Assembly (NCBI GenBank): GCA_021654395.1
Contig: AP024486.1
Coordinates: 1-32,000, forward strand
DNA: 32,000 nt
Reading direction: 5' to 3'
Source: Candidatus Saccharimonadota bacterium
GTDB lineage: Archaea; Micrarchaeota; Micrarchaeia; Micrarchaeales; Micrarchaeaceae
Made by a program: the position numbers and the translations under genes. The notes beneath the pieces were generated by a model. It was not told where the DNA came from. It did not search any database and worked only from the letters and a program-made list of their open reading frames with translations. This document shows, piece by piece, positions 1 to 8,598 of this stretch. The first letter of the stretch is position 1. Each line of letters begins with the position of its first letter.

Positions 1-364
1 ATGGGTTAGACTCTGACTGCTCATCAAATATATTCTCATCTACATCCTCTCCTAATGAGTACTTTAGCTGATAGAATAGGCCTCTTATACTTGTATGTAG
101 ATCCTCTTTAATAAACTTATAGCACTTTGCTGCTATCGCTAGTGTTTGCATGAATCTCTTAGATTGAGCTATATTAAGGAATGTCCTCTCTTCTTCTGCA
201 TTACCTATCTTCAAAAAGCCTTCTGATTCATCATATCTTACATTAGATCTAGATCTAAGCTTTGTAACTATCTTTGGAGTATTGCCTTTTTCTATATCAT
301 TAATTATGCTATCTGCGAGGCTTTTTATTCTTTGAAGAGCTATCTGATCCAGATTCTCTTTCAT
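1..364 (-). CDS. top6A: DNA topoisomerase VI subunit A (Spo11-like), N-terminal part; runs off the window start
   Basis: Hand translation of the minus strand from ATG (cat at 362-364): [121 protein letters not shown]... The pattern (RS.SN..YDE, KRFMQTL, T.R.L(F/Y)Y, F.EQ.ES) matches archaeal Top6A N-termini. It is absent from the ORF track because it is open-ended. It overlaps the lon 3' end by 56 nt. Confidence 0.75.
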   Translation of the reverse strand, partial: MKENLDQIALQRIKSLADSIINDIEKGNTPKIVTKLRSRSNVRYDESEGFLKIGNAEEERTFLNIAQSKRFMQTLAIAAKCYKFIKEDLHTSIRGLFYQLKYSLGEDVDENIFDEQSESNP

Positions 365-2312
365 ATATTCTCATCCTTTCAAGCAGCTTACTCTTCTTAG
401 CAGAATCTTTTAATACATAGGATAGTACCTCATCAATATACTCAACTGGAAATATCGTTATATCATTCTTTATATCATCGCTAAGCACTATATCATCTAA
501 GTTGGCCTTTGGAACTATTACCTTCTTTATTCCACTATAGTATGCTCCCTCTATCTTTGCTGATACTCCGCCTACAGGAAGTATCTCGCCTCTTACTGAT
601 AGAGAGCCAGTCATCGCATAAGACTGATCTATCGGTATAGACTCTAGAGCTGAGATTATACTAACTGCTATAGCGATACTTGCTGAATCCCCTTCAACTC
701 CTTCATAAGTTTGCATAAACTGTATATGTATATCATACTTTGATATATCTTTGCCGATATACTTCTTTATAACCGCGCTAACATTCTTTACAGCTTCAGT
801 AGCTATCTTTCCTAGTCTGCCTGTTGGTATAAATCTACCTTCTGATCTTGATCCTGATGGGGTAACCTCTGCCTCTAAAGGCATAACTAATCCATACATG
901 TATGATGACTGCCCAATAACAGCTAATCCATTTACTCTTCCTATCTTGTATCCTTCATTTACTATAAGGCTGTACTTCTTTCTAAGCTCTAGATATGATT
1001 CTGCTATCTGACCCTCTATAGATGTTGATATACCTCTTGCCTTTCTGACGTGCTCTGCTGTAACGAACTCTGCCCCTTCCTCTTTTGCTATATCTCCTGC
1101 TGCCCTTATTAAGCCTCCAAGCTCTCTTAATACTAGAGTTAACTTTCCTTTTACACCTGCTCTTCTCCTTGCTTCATTTATTATCTCTAATACGGCATCT
1201 TTCTTAAAGTGTGGTATATTCTTATCCTTATAAACTTCTTGTGCTACAAATCTTGCTAACAGAGCTCTATTCTCAGGATTATCATCCATAGTAGACTTTA
1301 TATATATCTCATAACCATAACCTCTTATTCTAGATCTTAATGCTGGATGCATTCTCTCTAGATCATGTATATTACCTGCTGCAACTAGTATAAAGTCGCA
1401 AGGTACTGGATCTGTCTTTACTAATGCTCCAGAGCTTAGCTCGCTTCTTCCTGTTATCTGGTATCTCTTTTCTTGCATAGCAGTTAATAGCTCTTGCTGA
1501 GATCTCATATCTAATGTCGATATCTCATCTATATACAAAACTCCTTTATTTGCCTTATGTATAGCGCCACTCTCTACTCTTAGATGAGGAGGTGTCTCTA
1601 GGCCTCCAGACTGGAATGGATCATGTCTAACATCTCCAAATAGAGCTCCTGCCTTTAATCCTGTTGCATCAACAAACGGTGCATGCTCCATTCCTGTATT
1701 ATCGACAATAAGCTTTGGAATATCATTATTTGTATTTAGAGGAATCCTTCTAGTTAATGTATAAGTAAGTAGTATAGCTGATCCGAATACCATTATTCCT
1801 AGCATTAATGCTGCTAATACGATAAGCTCATATGTTTTAAATATACCAGAGAGAGACAGTATAAATAGTAAGATTATTAGGATTGAGACAATCTGCACTA
1901 TAGCTGGTGCTTTCATATTCATACTCTGCATCGCTTTAAGCTTCTCTGCCTTTACTATCATTCTTCCCTGGCCTTCTAGCTTCTTCTCTTTTATTGCTTT
2001 CTCATCTATTCCATTTGGATAGGTCTTAACAACTTTTATTAATGGATTATTCTCATCATTCGGATTCCTATAGACTAATACATCCTCTAGATCTGTAGGT
2101 GGTAGCAGCTCTGCCATCGCTTGAGCCATCATAGTCTTTCCTGTTCCTGGATCTCCTATTAATAGGATATGCCTTCTCTGCTTTGCTGCTTTCTTAATAA
2201 TTCTTACAGCATAATCTTGACCTATAACTTGATCTATTAGTCTCTTTGGTATCTCTATCTCACTTGTATTATCAAAATCCATGTTTAATAGCTTATCGTC
2301 TATCTTCTTCAT
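309..2312 (-). CDS. lonB: Membrane-bound archaeal Lon protease (LonB type)
   Basis: Walker A GDPGTGKT. Two TM helices are inserted in the AAA+ module ([20 protein letters not shown] / [20 protein letters not shown]). Walker B-like LYIDEI. The C-terminal Lon protease domain has GDSAS (catalytic Ser) and VPKAN (Lys). Confidence 0.9.
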   Translation of the reverse strand: MKKIDDKLLNMDFDNTSEIEIPKRLIDQVIGQDYAVRIIKKAAKQRRHILLIGDPGTGKTMMAQAMAELLPPTDLEDVLVYRNPNDENNPLIKVVKTYPNGIDEKAIKEKKLEGQGRMIVKAEKLKAMQSMNMKAPAIVQIVSILIILLFILSLSGIFKTYELIVLAALMLGIMVFGSAILLTYTLTRRIPLNTNNDIPKLIVDNTGMEHAPFVDATGLKAGALFGDVRHDPFQSGGLETPPHLRVESGAIHKANKGVLYIDEISTLDMRSQQELLTAMQEKRYQITGRSELSSGALVKTDPVPCDFILVAAGNIHDLERMHPALRSRIRGYGYEIYIKSTMDDNPENRALLARFVAQEVYKDKNIPHFKKDAVLEIINEARRRAGVKGKLTLVLRELGGLIRAAGDIAKEEGAEFVTAEHVRKARGISTSIEGQIAESYLELRKKYSLIVNEGYKIGRVNGLAVIGQSSYMYGLVMPLEAEVTPSGSRSEGRFIPTGRLGKIATEAVKNVSAVIKKYIGKDISKYDIHIQFMQTYEGVEGDSASIAIAVSIISALESIPIDQSYAMTGSLSVRGEILPVGGVSAKIEGAYYSGIKKVIVPKANLDDIVLSDDIKNDITIFPVEYIDEVLSYVLKDSAKKSKLLERMRIYERESGSDSSSKNKKPRR

Positions 2313-2427
2313 AAAGATATCCTCTAATTAGCTAATATAATTAGTCAGATTAGTATTAGCAAATAAAATTAAATATATATTATGTAAAAGATATAGAATA
2401 GATTCTTCTTATACTTGTTAATATTTG

Positions 2428-3906
2428 CTAAACTTTTATACCACTTTCATTTGCATATAGATTAATTATATAGCTTAGACCTTTGTAAATATATGAGCTC
2501 TCAGATACCAGATTACTATAATTCTTATATTGATAAGGTATACTAACACTTATATTTTTATTTATATAAGCTAAATATCTATATTCCTCCTCTTCGTTTA
2601 TCTCTACCTTAGATCCTTTTCCAAGTATTATATAGTATATGCAACCCGTATCTCTTGTAATCTTTATTTGACTTGTGCTATTTACTATATAAGATGCTAA
2701 TACTTTTAGAGAATTATTTAAGTTGTTTTCTAAAGCTAAGCTTTGGAGATACTTTGTATAGTTTGATATATTATAGAAAAATAATACTGTAGCATTACCT
2801 TCTATACTTATGTTAACTTTATAAGTCCCGTTATTATATGATCTGCATATTAAGCCAGGCTGATAGCTACGGGATATGTTATATTTATATCTATAGTTAA
2901 TTGTATTGTTTATGTATCTAGCTTCTCTTATAGTCTCTTTTATGGTGTAATAGCCATATACATTATATATTCTGTTGTTTAACCTTAATTCTGAAGAGTT
3001 TTTAAATAATCTACTAAAGATGGTCTGATTTACTGTTATATTGCTATTAGAATAGTTTGGTACTATATATATTCTTAGATTGTTTGTCTTCTTTGTTAGA
3101 TTAAATATAAGATAATTACTTCTATTATCAAGGTTTAAACTCTTGTTTGTATATATTTTAATTGGCCCATTATTAGCGTATACTAATATAGATGTATTAG
3201 CATATATGCTTGTTATGTTATGAAGCATAGTACTATTTATTACTATATAGTATAATCCTGGATTTAACTGAGTTGTATTTGAAGTTAAGTATGCTAGCTT
3301 ATTAATATCTATAATTGGTTTTATTGGATATATTGGCAATAATATTATTACTATCGCCGCTATAATCGAGATTGCATATATTCTGTTTATATTCTTATTA
3401 ATAAACCTTGATAATCTTATTAGTAATCTATTCTTTGAGATCTTACAATCAGAAATAACCTCTATTAAAGAGGCGATTGTCACGCTTATTAACAGATAAT
3501 ATCCCAATATTGCTATATTTTCAAGAATATTGGCTGGTAAGTTTAATATATAATATATCAAAGGCAAGATGAATAGCCAGAATATATACATATAATATTT
3601 ATTTAATTTGTCATAAGACAGCATTACAGAGATTGATATAAATGACATCAAAGTAAATATTATAATGCTTAACTTGTTAAAAAGACCATATACAACTGTA
3701 GTAGATAAAGTTATAAAGGATAATATCGCTGAAACTCTTTTAACTTTTTCTAATAGTAGCATAGGTATAACTAGAAGTAGGAATATTATTATAGAGTATA
3801 ACATAAACTGATCGTTATTGTATATTATAAAATATATTAAAAATATAGCTAGTAATACAAAGTATAAGGCTCTAGCTATGTATTTTATTATCTTAGAATT
3901 ATCCAT
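2428..3906 (-). CDS. Polytopic membrane protein with a large Asn-rich, sequon-dense extracytoplasmic C-terminal domain (function unknown)
   Basis: About 7 predicted TM helices lie in the first ~200 aa. The remaining ~290 aa carry about 23 N-x-S/T sequons (NTT, NST, NIT, NTS, NKS, NRS, NLT, NYS and others). The start overlaps the stop of the upstream gene by 8 nt (ATGGATAA). Confidence 0.6.
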   Translation of the reverse strand: MDNSKIIKYIARALYFVLLAIFLIYFIIYNNDQFMLYSIIIFLLLVIPMLLLEKVKRVSAILSFITLSTTVVYGLFNKLSIIIFTLMSFISISVMLSYDKLNKYYMYIFWLFILPLIYYILNLPANILENIAILGYYLLISVTIASLIEVISDCKISKNRLLIRLSRFINKNINRIYAISIIAAIVIILLPIYPIKPIIDINKLAYLTSNTTQLNPGLYYIVINSTMLHNITSIYANTSILVYANNGPIKIYTNKSLNLDNRSNYLIFNLTKKTNNLRIYIVPNYSNSNITVNQTIFSRLFKNSSELRLNNRIYNVYGYYTIKETIREARYINNTINYRYKYNISRSYQPGLICRSYNNGTYKVNISIEGNATVLFFYNISNYTKYLQSLALENNLNNSLKVLASYIVNSTSQIKITRDTGCIYYIILGKGSKVEINEEEEYRYLAYINKNISVSIPYQYKNYSNLVSESSYIYKGLSYIINLYANESGIKV

Positions 3907-5737
3907 TGCTTCTCACTCTTTTATATTTTATACTGCCTTTTCTTTCTTTTATATAGGAATATATTATAAGTGAAACTAAAGCTCCAAATACTAGATATTC
4001 TGCTATAAATGCAGCAGTTATATATCTCTGCCATTTATAATACAATATTATCTCATAACTCCCTGTTTTGTTTATATAGAATGCATTAGCAAATCCATTT
4101 ACCATTATATGATATCTCTGATTTACCTCTGTGCCATTTTGATAGTATGCAGTCCACGCAGGATCATAAGTTTCTCTGAAGACTAAGTAAAAAGGTGTTG
4201 TGGCATTCTTTATATAAACAATAACCTTTGAAGGATTTACTATCTGAAAGCTTACATTTGGCTTTGACATATTTTTGATATATGATACGTTAAATGTATC
4301 ATTTGTTGCATTATATATATTCATATAACCATAATATAGTATGGATCCATTAACTTTAGGTGCATAGACTGAATAGTTAAATATACTGAAATTATTATAT
4401 TCTATATAGTTAACTATCTGATGTAGTGATATATCCGAGGAATTTAATATCTTTATGTTTGAAGCATATACTAATGGTGTAACTAGATAGTTTTCATAAA
4501 TAGATGAATTAGAGAACTTAGCTTTGAATTGTATGTATTTAGAATTGTTTAGATTATTATAAATATAGCTCATATTGTATGGAATCAAAGGATGAAAAGG
4601 TATGTTAGAACTTTTAGCAGTATCGCCTTGAATTATTATGTATTTTATACCCAATATACCAAGCATTCTTGCTGGATCGAAGTTAATTGATTTCTCTTGC
4701 TCTATAGATTTAGCCACATCCTGATACTCTTCTATCGAAGGAGGAAAGAGATATTCGCTTCCTATAGTAAATCCGCCATTAAATACAGAAGCATTTATTA
4801 CAGATGGGTAGATATCTACGCCTGCATACCAAGTATCTATCTGCCATACAGGATTTGATGGTAAAGTCATAACATTATAGCTATAGCTAATATTTTTATT
4901 TATATAGTCTGCAATTTCTAAAACATGATTTGGCAATTTATCTAGAACAGGCAATGTTATGTTATAATATCCATATACTTTATTTTTAATTATAGGCTTC
5001 ATAACATCTTTGTAAAATGGTATAAAGTAAACTAAAAAGAAAAGTAGATAAATAATAAATATATATGCTAAATACATCTTTACTTTGCTTCTGTAAAGCA
5101 TATATACTATCTTAAAAACAGCTAATGAAAGTAGTATTGATGCTGCTGCATAAATAAAATTCTCATTATTGATTGGAAACCTGAAATCACTAAATAAGAT
5201 AAAATGATTATAAAGATATTTAAATATATTACCAAATGGCCCATATATAGTCTCAGAAAGTGCAAAAAATAGTATCAGCAATGTAATTAGCTGAAGTACG
5301 ATTATATCTTTATACTTGTTTCTAAATTTAATTGCAAGATTTACTAGTATAATGCTAAATATTATAAATATATAAATTAATGCATTTATATTATTAAATG
5401 GATTATAAAATAAGTTTGAAATAGTTTGCGTAATATAGGATCCATAATGTACTATATCATATGTAGAAGTTTCTGAAAAGCTATGCAATATCTCGTATGT
5501 TATATGTGAAGGATAGAAAGCATCAATAATAATGCCAATAAATTCAGCTATGTTTAACGTAATTGCACTAATTAGCATCAAAATTAATATCAAGATAAAC
5601 TTTATTCTACTTGCTTTAACTATAGTTAAATTAAAAATAAGTATTATTATACTAAAAAGTAAAGTCTGGGCTAAAAGGCCGCTATTATAGATTATATCTA
5701 ATCCTAAAAATAAAGTAGTTAAGGCGAAAAGCTTCAA
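3899..5737 (-). CDS. GT-C-fold-like integral membrane glycosyltransferase candidate (YfhO/PMT_2-like architecture); ORF as called from TTG
   Basis: Many TM helices are followed by an extracytoplasmic domain and a final TM anchor. The C-terminal block TPFYLVFRETYDPAWTAYYQNGTEV..MVNGFANAFYINKTGSYEIILYYKWQ..+TM resembles the conserved tail of YfhO-type GT-C proteins. The called start is TTG (caa at 5735-5737), and the frame stays open far upstream (see next feature). Confidence 0.6.
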   Translation of the reverse strand: MKLFALTTLFLGLDIIYNSGLLAQTLLFSIIILIFNLTIVKASRIKFILILILMLISAITLNIAEFIGIIIDAFYPSHITYEILHSFSETSTYDIVHYGSYITQTISNLFYNPFNNINALIYIFIIFSIILVNLAIKFRNKYKDIIVLQLITLLILFFALSETIYGPFGNIFKYLYNHFILFSDFRFPINNENFIYAAASILLSLAVFKIVYMLYRSKVKMYLAYIFIIYLLFFLVYFIPFYKDVMKPIIKNKVYGYYNITLPVLDKLPNHVLEIADYINKNISYSYNVMTLPSNPVWQIDTWYAGVDIYPSVINASVFNGGFTIGSEYLFPPSIEEYQDVAKSIEQEKSINFDPARMLGILGIKYIIIQGDTAKSSNIPFHPLIPYNMSYIYNNLNNSKYIQFKAKFSNSSIYENYLVTPLVYASNIKILNSSDISLHQIVNYIEYNNFSIFNYSVYAPKVNGSILYYGYMNIYNATNDTFNVSYIKNMSKPNVSFQIVNPSKVIVYIKNATTPFYLVFRETYDPAWTAYYQNGTEVNQRYHIMVNGFANAFYINKTGSYEIILYYKWQRYITAAFIAEYLVFGALVSLIIYSYIKERKGSIKYKRVRSNG

Positions 5738-6253
5738 ATTAACCTTGTGCTTGTTTTCATATTCAATATTAAATAGGTATAAAAATAATAAGAATAAAGG
5801 TATCCATAGAACAGGCGTATTAAATAGATTATAACCAACAAAGTATAGTTCAAAGAAAAATGCTGGTATAAAGGCAGTGATTATCGCTAAATCTTTATTA
5901 TAATCTTTAACTAGTTCATAAATAAGTAAAAAATAACCGCTGCTACCAATAAGTATATAGAATGTTGTTACAATAAGTGGAATATTATGCTTAAATAGAT
6001 TAATATATGTAAATGGGAATGCTATTAGATCAAAAAGTATACCTTGAAAATTACCAACCGGAAAGTTTGCATAACCAGAGTAATCTGGATAATACCATAT
6101 GTAATAGCTTAATAAAGTATATTTAAAAGCATAATAGTATAGTGCTGAATCCTCCCGAATATATAGCTAAATCTATAGTAAGCAAGAGCTACTATCAAAA
6201 CTGAAATATTCAATATTAGTAAAGCTATAGCAAGCTTTTATCCATAAAATCAT
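5738..6253 (-). pseudogene. Disrupted or recoded 5' portion of the GT-C-like gene
   Basis: Hand translation shows the frame of the 612-aa ORF stays open for 143 more codons (5738-6166). These codons are TM-like and include ..IREDSALYYYAFKY.., but contain no ATG, GTG or TTG. Two in-frame TAGs follow upstream (6167-6169 and 6173-6175). Further upstream, an ATG at 6251-6253 is in the same frame. A clean TM helix (KLAIALLILNISVLIVALAYYRFSYIFG) is encoded at 6237-6154 in a different frame. Confidence 0.6.
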
Positions 6254-6276
6254 ATTTAGAATTAAATAGAGTAAAC

Positions 6277-6290
6277 CTTTAAATAATTTT
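6277..6290 (-). promoter_or_regulatory. TATA-like box (minus-strand AAATTATTTAAAGG) about 29 nt upstream of the ATG at 6253
   Basis: Its spacing to the ATG at 6253 matches the spacing seen at other genes in this window. Confidence 0.3.
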
Positions 6291-6330
6291 ATTATTTAGT
6301 ATTTAAAAAAATAAGATAAGTAAATAAAGC

Positions 6331-6338
6331 TTTAAATA
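6331..6338 (+). promoter_or_regulatory. TATA-like box TTTAAATA preceded by purine-rich AAAGC (BRE-like), 27 nt upstream of the lig ATG
   Basis: Position relative to the ATG at 6358. This spacing is typical for archaeal leaderless transcripts. Confidence 0.35.
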
Positions 6339-6357
6339 TAATATTTAAACGATATCT

Positions 6358-8151
6358 ATGCTATTTGATGAGTTGGCAGATTATTATTCAAAGCTAGAAG
6401 AGATATCATCAAGAATAGCGATGGTTGATATACTGGCAGATATGCTATCTAAGCTGAATGAAGATGAGATAGATAAAGCAATTTACATAACTCAAGGTGT
6501 CCTATTACCTCCATATCAAGGAATAGAGATAGGTATAGCAGATAAGATGGCAGAAGATTCTATATCACTAGCGACTGGCTATAAAAGAGAGGATATTGAG
6601 AAGCTATATAAGCAATTAGGAGATCTAGGAAGTGTAGTAGAGCATATACTTAATGAAAGAAATACAGCGAAGATAGATGAAAGAAAGCTGAGCATACTAG
6701 ATGTTTATAATACTGTTTATGATATAGCAAAGAGGGCTGGAGAAGGTAGTAAAGCTCAAAAGACAAAGCTTTTAGCAGGCTTAATAACAAATCTCAGCCC
6801 GAAAGGAGCAAAGTATGCAGTAAGATATGTATTAGGGCAGTTAAGGTTAGGAGTGGGAGATGCGACTGTTATAGAGGCCTTATCTCTCATATCTACTAAA
6901 ACAAGAGGTAATAAGGATATAATAGAGAATGCATATAATCTATGTAGCGATCTGGGTTATATAGGTAAGCTGATTAAGCAAGGAGGTATAGATGCAATTA
7001 AGGATTTTAAGATCAGCTTATTTAGACCTATAAGACCAGCGTTAGCTGAGAGATTACCAACAGCGCAGGAGATACTACAAAGAATGAATGGCAGATGTGC
7101 AGTAGAGTATAAGTATGATGGCTTTAGATGCCAGATTCATAAGAAAGGCAATGAAGTAATGATATTCTCAAGAAGATTAGAGAATACAACAGCTATGCTA
7201 CCAGATATCGTAAATGCAGTAAAGAAAGAGATAAAGGCAGATGAGATAATATTTGAAGGAGAGGCGATAGGATATGATCAAGATACAGGAGAGTTCTTCC
7301 CATTTCAGGAGACTATACAGAGAAAGAGAAAGCACGATGTAGAAGAGAAGGCAGAGTCTATACCTCTTAAGCTTTTTGCATTTGATCTAATGTATCTCAA
7401 TGGAGAAAGCTATCTTAATAAGCCATATTCAGAAAGAAGAGCAAAGTTAGAAGAGTTAATAAAAGATAGTAAAGAATCTGTGATAAGACTAACACAAAGA
7501 ATAATAACAGATAATCCTGTTGAATTAGAGAACTACTTTGATAATGCAATAACAAATGGCTTAGAAGGCATAGTAGCAAAGGATCTTAATGCTCCTTATA
7601 TAGCTGGTGCAAGAAAGTTCTCATGGATAAAGCTAAAGAGAAGCTATAAGGGAGAGCTCTCAGACACACTAGATCTAGTTATTGTTGGATATGATGTAGG
7701 AACGGGTAAGAGAGCAGAGATAGGATTTGGAGCAGTACTGGCAGCGACATATAATAAAGAAAGAGATATCTTTGAAACAATATGTAAGATCGGATCTGGA
7801 TATACAGACAAAGAGAGAGAGATTATGAGAGATCTATTAAGAAAGATAGTTGTAGATCATAAGCCTGCTAGAGTAGACTCTATAATTAAGCCAGACTATT
7901 GGGTTGAGCCGAGATATGTTATAACAGTAAAGGCAGATGAGATTACAAGATCTCCAACCCATACATGCGGCAGAACAACGCTACCAGATGGAACAACTGT
8001 CGGCTATGCTTTAAGATTTCCAAGGCTTGTATCACAGAATGATGATCCTATAAGAGAGGATAAAGCACCAGAGGATGCGACAACGACGCAAGAGGTAATA
8101 GAGATGTATAACATGCAAAGAAAGAGCTCTGTAGGGGAAGATGAAAGCTGA
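6358..8151 (+). CDS. lig: ATP-dependent DNA ligase
   Basis: The 597-aa product carries adenylation motif I, AVEYKYDGFRCQIH (KxDG). It also has motifs EGEAI, LFAFDLMYLNGE, GLEGIVAK and WIKLK, and an OB-fold tail. Length and architecture match archaeal Lig. Confidence 0.93.
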   Translation: MLFDELADYYSKLEEISSRIAMVDILADMLSKLNEDEIDKAIYITQGVLLPPYQGIEIGIADKMAEDSISLATGYKREDIEKLYKQLGDLGSVVEHILNERNTAKIDERKLSILDVYNTVYDIAKRAGEGSKAQKTKLLAGLITNLSPKGAKYAVRYVLGQLRLGVGDATVIEALSLISTKTRGNKDIIENAYNLCSDLGYIGKLIKQGGIDAIKDFKISLFRPIRPALAERLPTAQEILQRMNGRCAVEYKYDGFRCQIHKKGNEVMIFSRRLENTTAMLPDIVNAVKKEIKADEIIFEGEAIGYDQDTGEFFPFQETIQRKRKHDVEEKAESIPLKLFAFDLMYLNGESYLNKPYSERRAKLEELIKDSKESVIRLTQRIITDNPVELENYFDNAITNGLEGIVAKDLNAPYIAGARKFSWIKLKRSYKGELSDTLDLVIVGYDVGTGKRAEIGFGAVLAATYNKERDIFETICKIGSGYTDKEREIMRDLLRKIVVDHKPARVDSIIKPDYWVEPRYVITVKADEITRSPTHTCGRTTLPDGTTVGYALRFPRLVSQNDDPIREDKAPEDATTTQEVIEMYNMQRKSSVGEDES

Positions 8152-8156
8152 GATAA

Positions 8157-8528
8157 TCAGCTATCCTTTAATGCTGCGATGTTCTCGTTGTTATAGCTTA
8201 TATCCTTGGAGCTACTTATCTTCTTTATCTTCCTAGAGAAATCCTCTAGAGTGTTTAGCATGCTCACAACTTCTGGATTTATCTTATAACCTAATGTATA
8301 GCATGTTGGTGTTCTTATGTGTGTTGGCTGTATTACATTAAGCTCTAGTGTTAGCTTTCTTAGACTGATTATTAATGTCTTTCTTGTAAACTTATCTGCT
8401 AACTCTCTATATATCTCTTTTGTTGTTCTTGGTGATTTTTCTCTTAGTAATGCGAGTATTGCGTAGTTCGGCTTAGTTATTATCTCCCTTAAGTACTCCA
8501 ATCCATCTGAATCCTTTGCCTTTGACAT
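8157..8528 (-). CDS. Small winged-helix (wHTH) DNA-binding protein, putative transcriptional regulator
   Basis: The segment PNYAILALLREKSPRTTKEIYRELADKFTRKTLIISLRKL looks like an ArsR/MarR-like HTH followed by a wing. No specific family could be assigned by eye. Confidence 0.45.
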   Translation of the reverse strand: MSKAKDSDGLEYLREIITKPNYAILALLREKSPRTTKEIYRELADKFTRKTLIISLRKLTLELNVIQPTHIRTPTCYTLGYKINPEVVSMLNTLEDFSRKIKKISSSKDISYNNENIAALKDS

Positions 8529-8567
8529 TCTATATCACCCAAATATTATAATTCTTAATCTAATAGA

Positions 8568-8574
8568 TTTATAT
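8568..8574 (+). promoter_or_regulatory. TATA-like box TTTATAT, 31 nt upstream of the ATG at 8599
   Basis: Spacing is consistent with the other candidate promoters in the window. Confidence 0.3.
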
Positions 8575-8598
8575 GCTTTTCCTTACTTAAGTAAATTT

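Noticed and set aside
751-1011. An 86-aa plus-strand ORF inside lonB. The same applies to the other antisense ORFs at 9383-9565, 9994-10317, 13178-13495, 15210-15401, 15645-15911, 19996-20307, 24544-24918, 26877-27188, 28132-28320, 28137-28385 and 31512-31748.
   Set aside because: All lie fully inside, and antisense to, genes with strong family motifs (Lon, AAA+, aconitase, MQO, giant protein, UbiD, MCM, GatA). Their products are low-complexity or hydrophobic shadow translations with no motifs.
6167-6175. The two in-frame TAG codons read as stop-codon readthrough or pyrrolysine/reassigned TAG.
   Set aside because: TAG is used as an ordinary terminator elsewhere in the window (for example lonB). 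The peptide in that frame (MILWIKACYSFTNIEYFSFDSSSCLL) is not TM-like, whereas the alternative frame gives a clean TM1. No Pyl machinery is visible here. This cannot be fully excluded without the whole genome.
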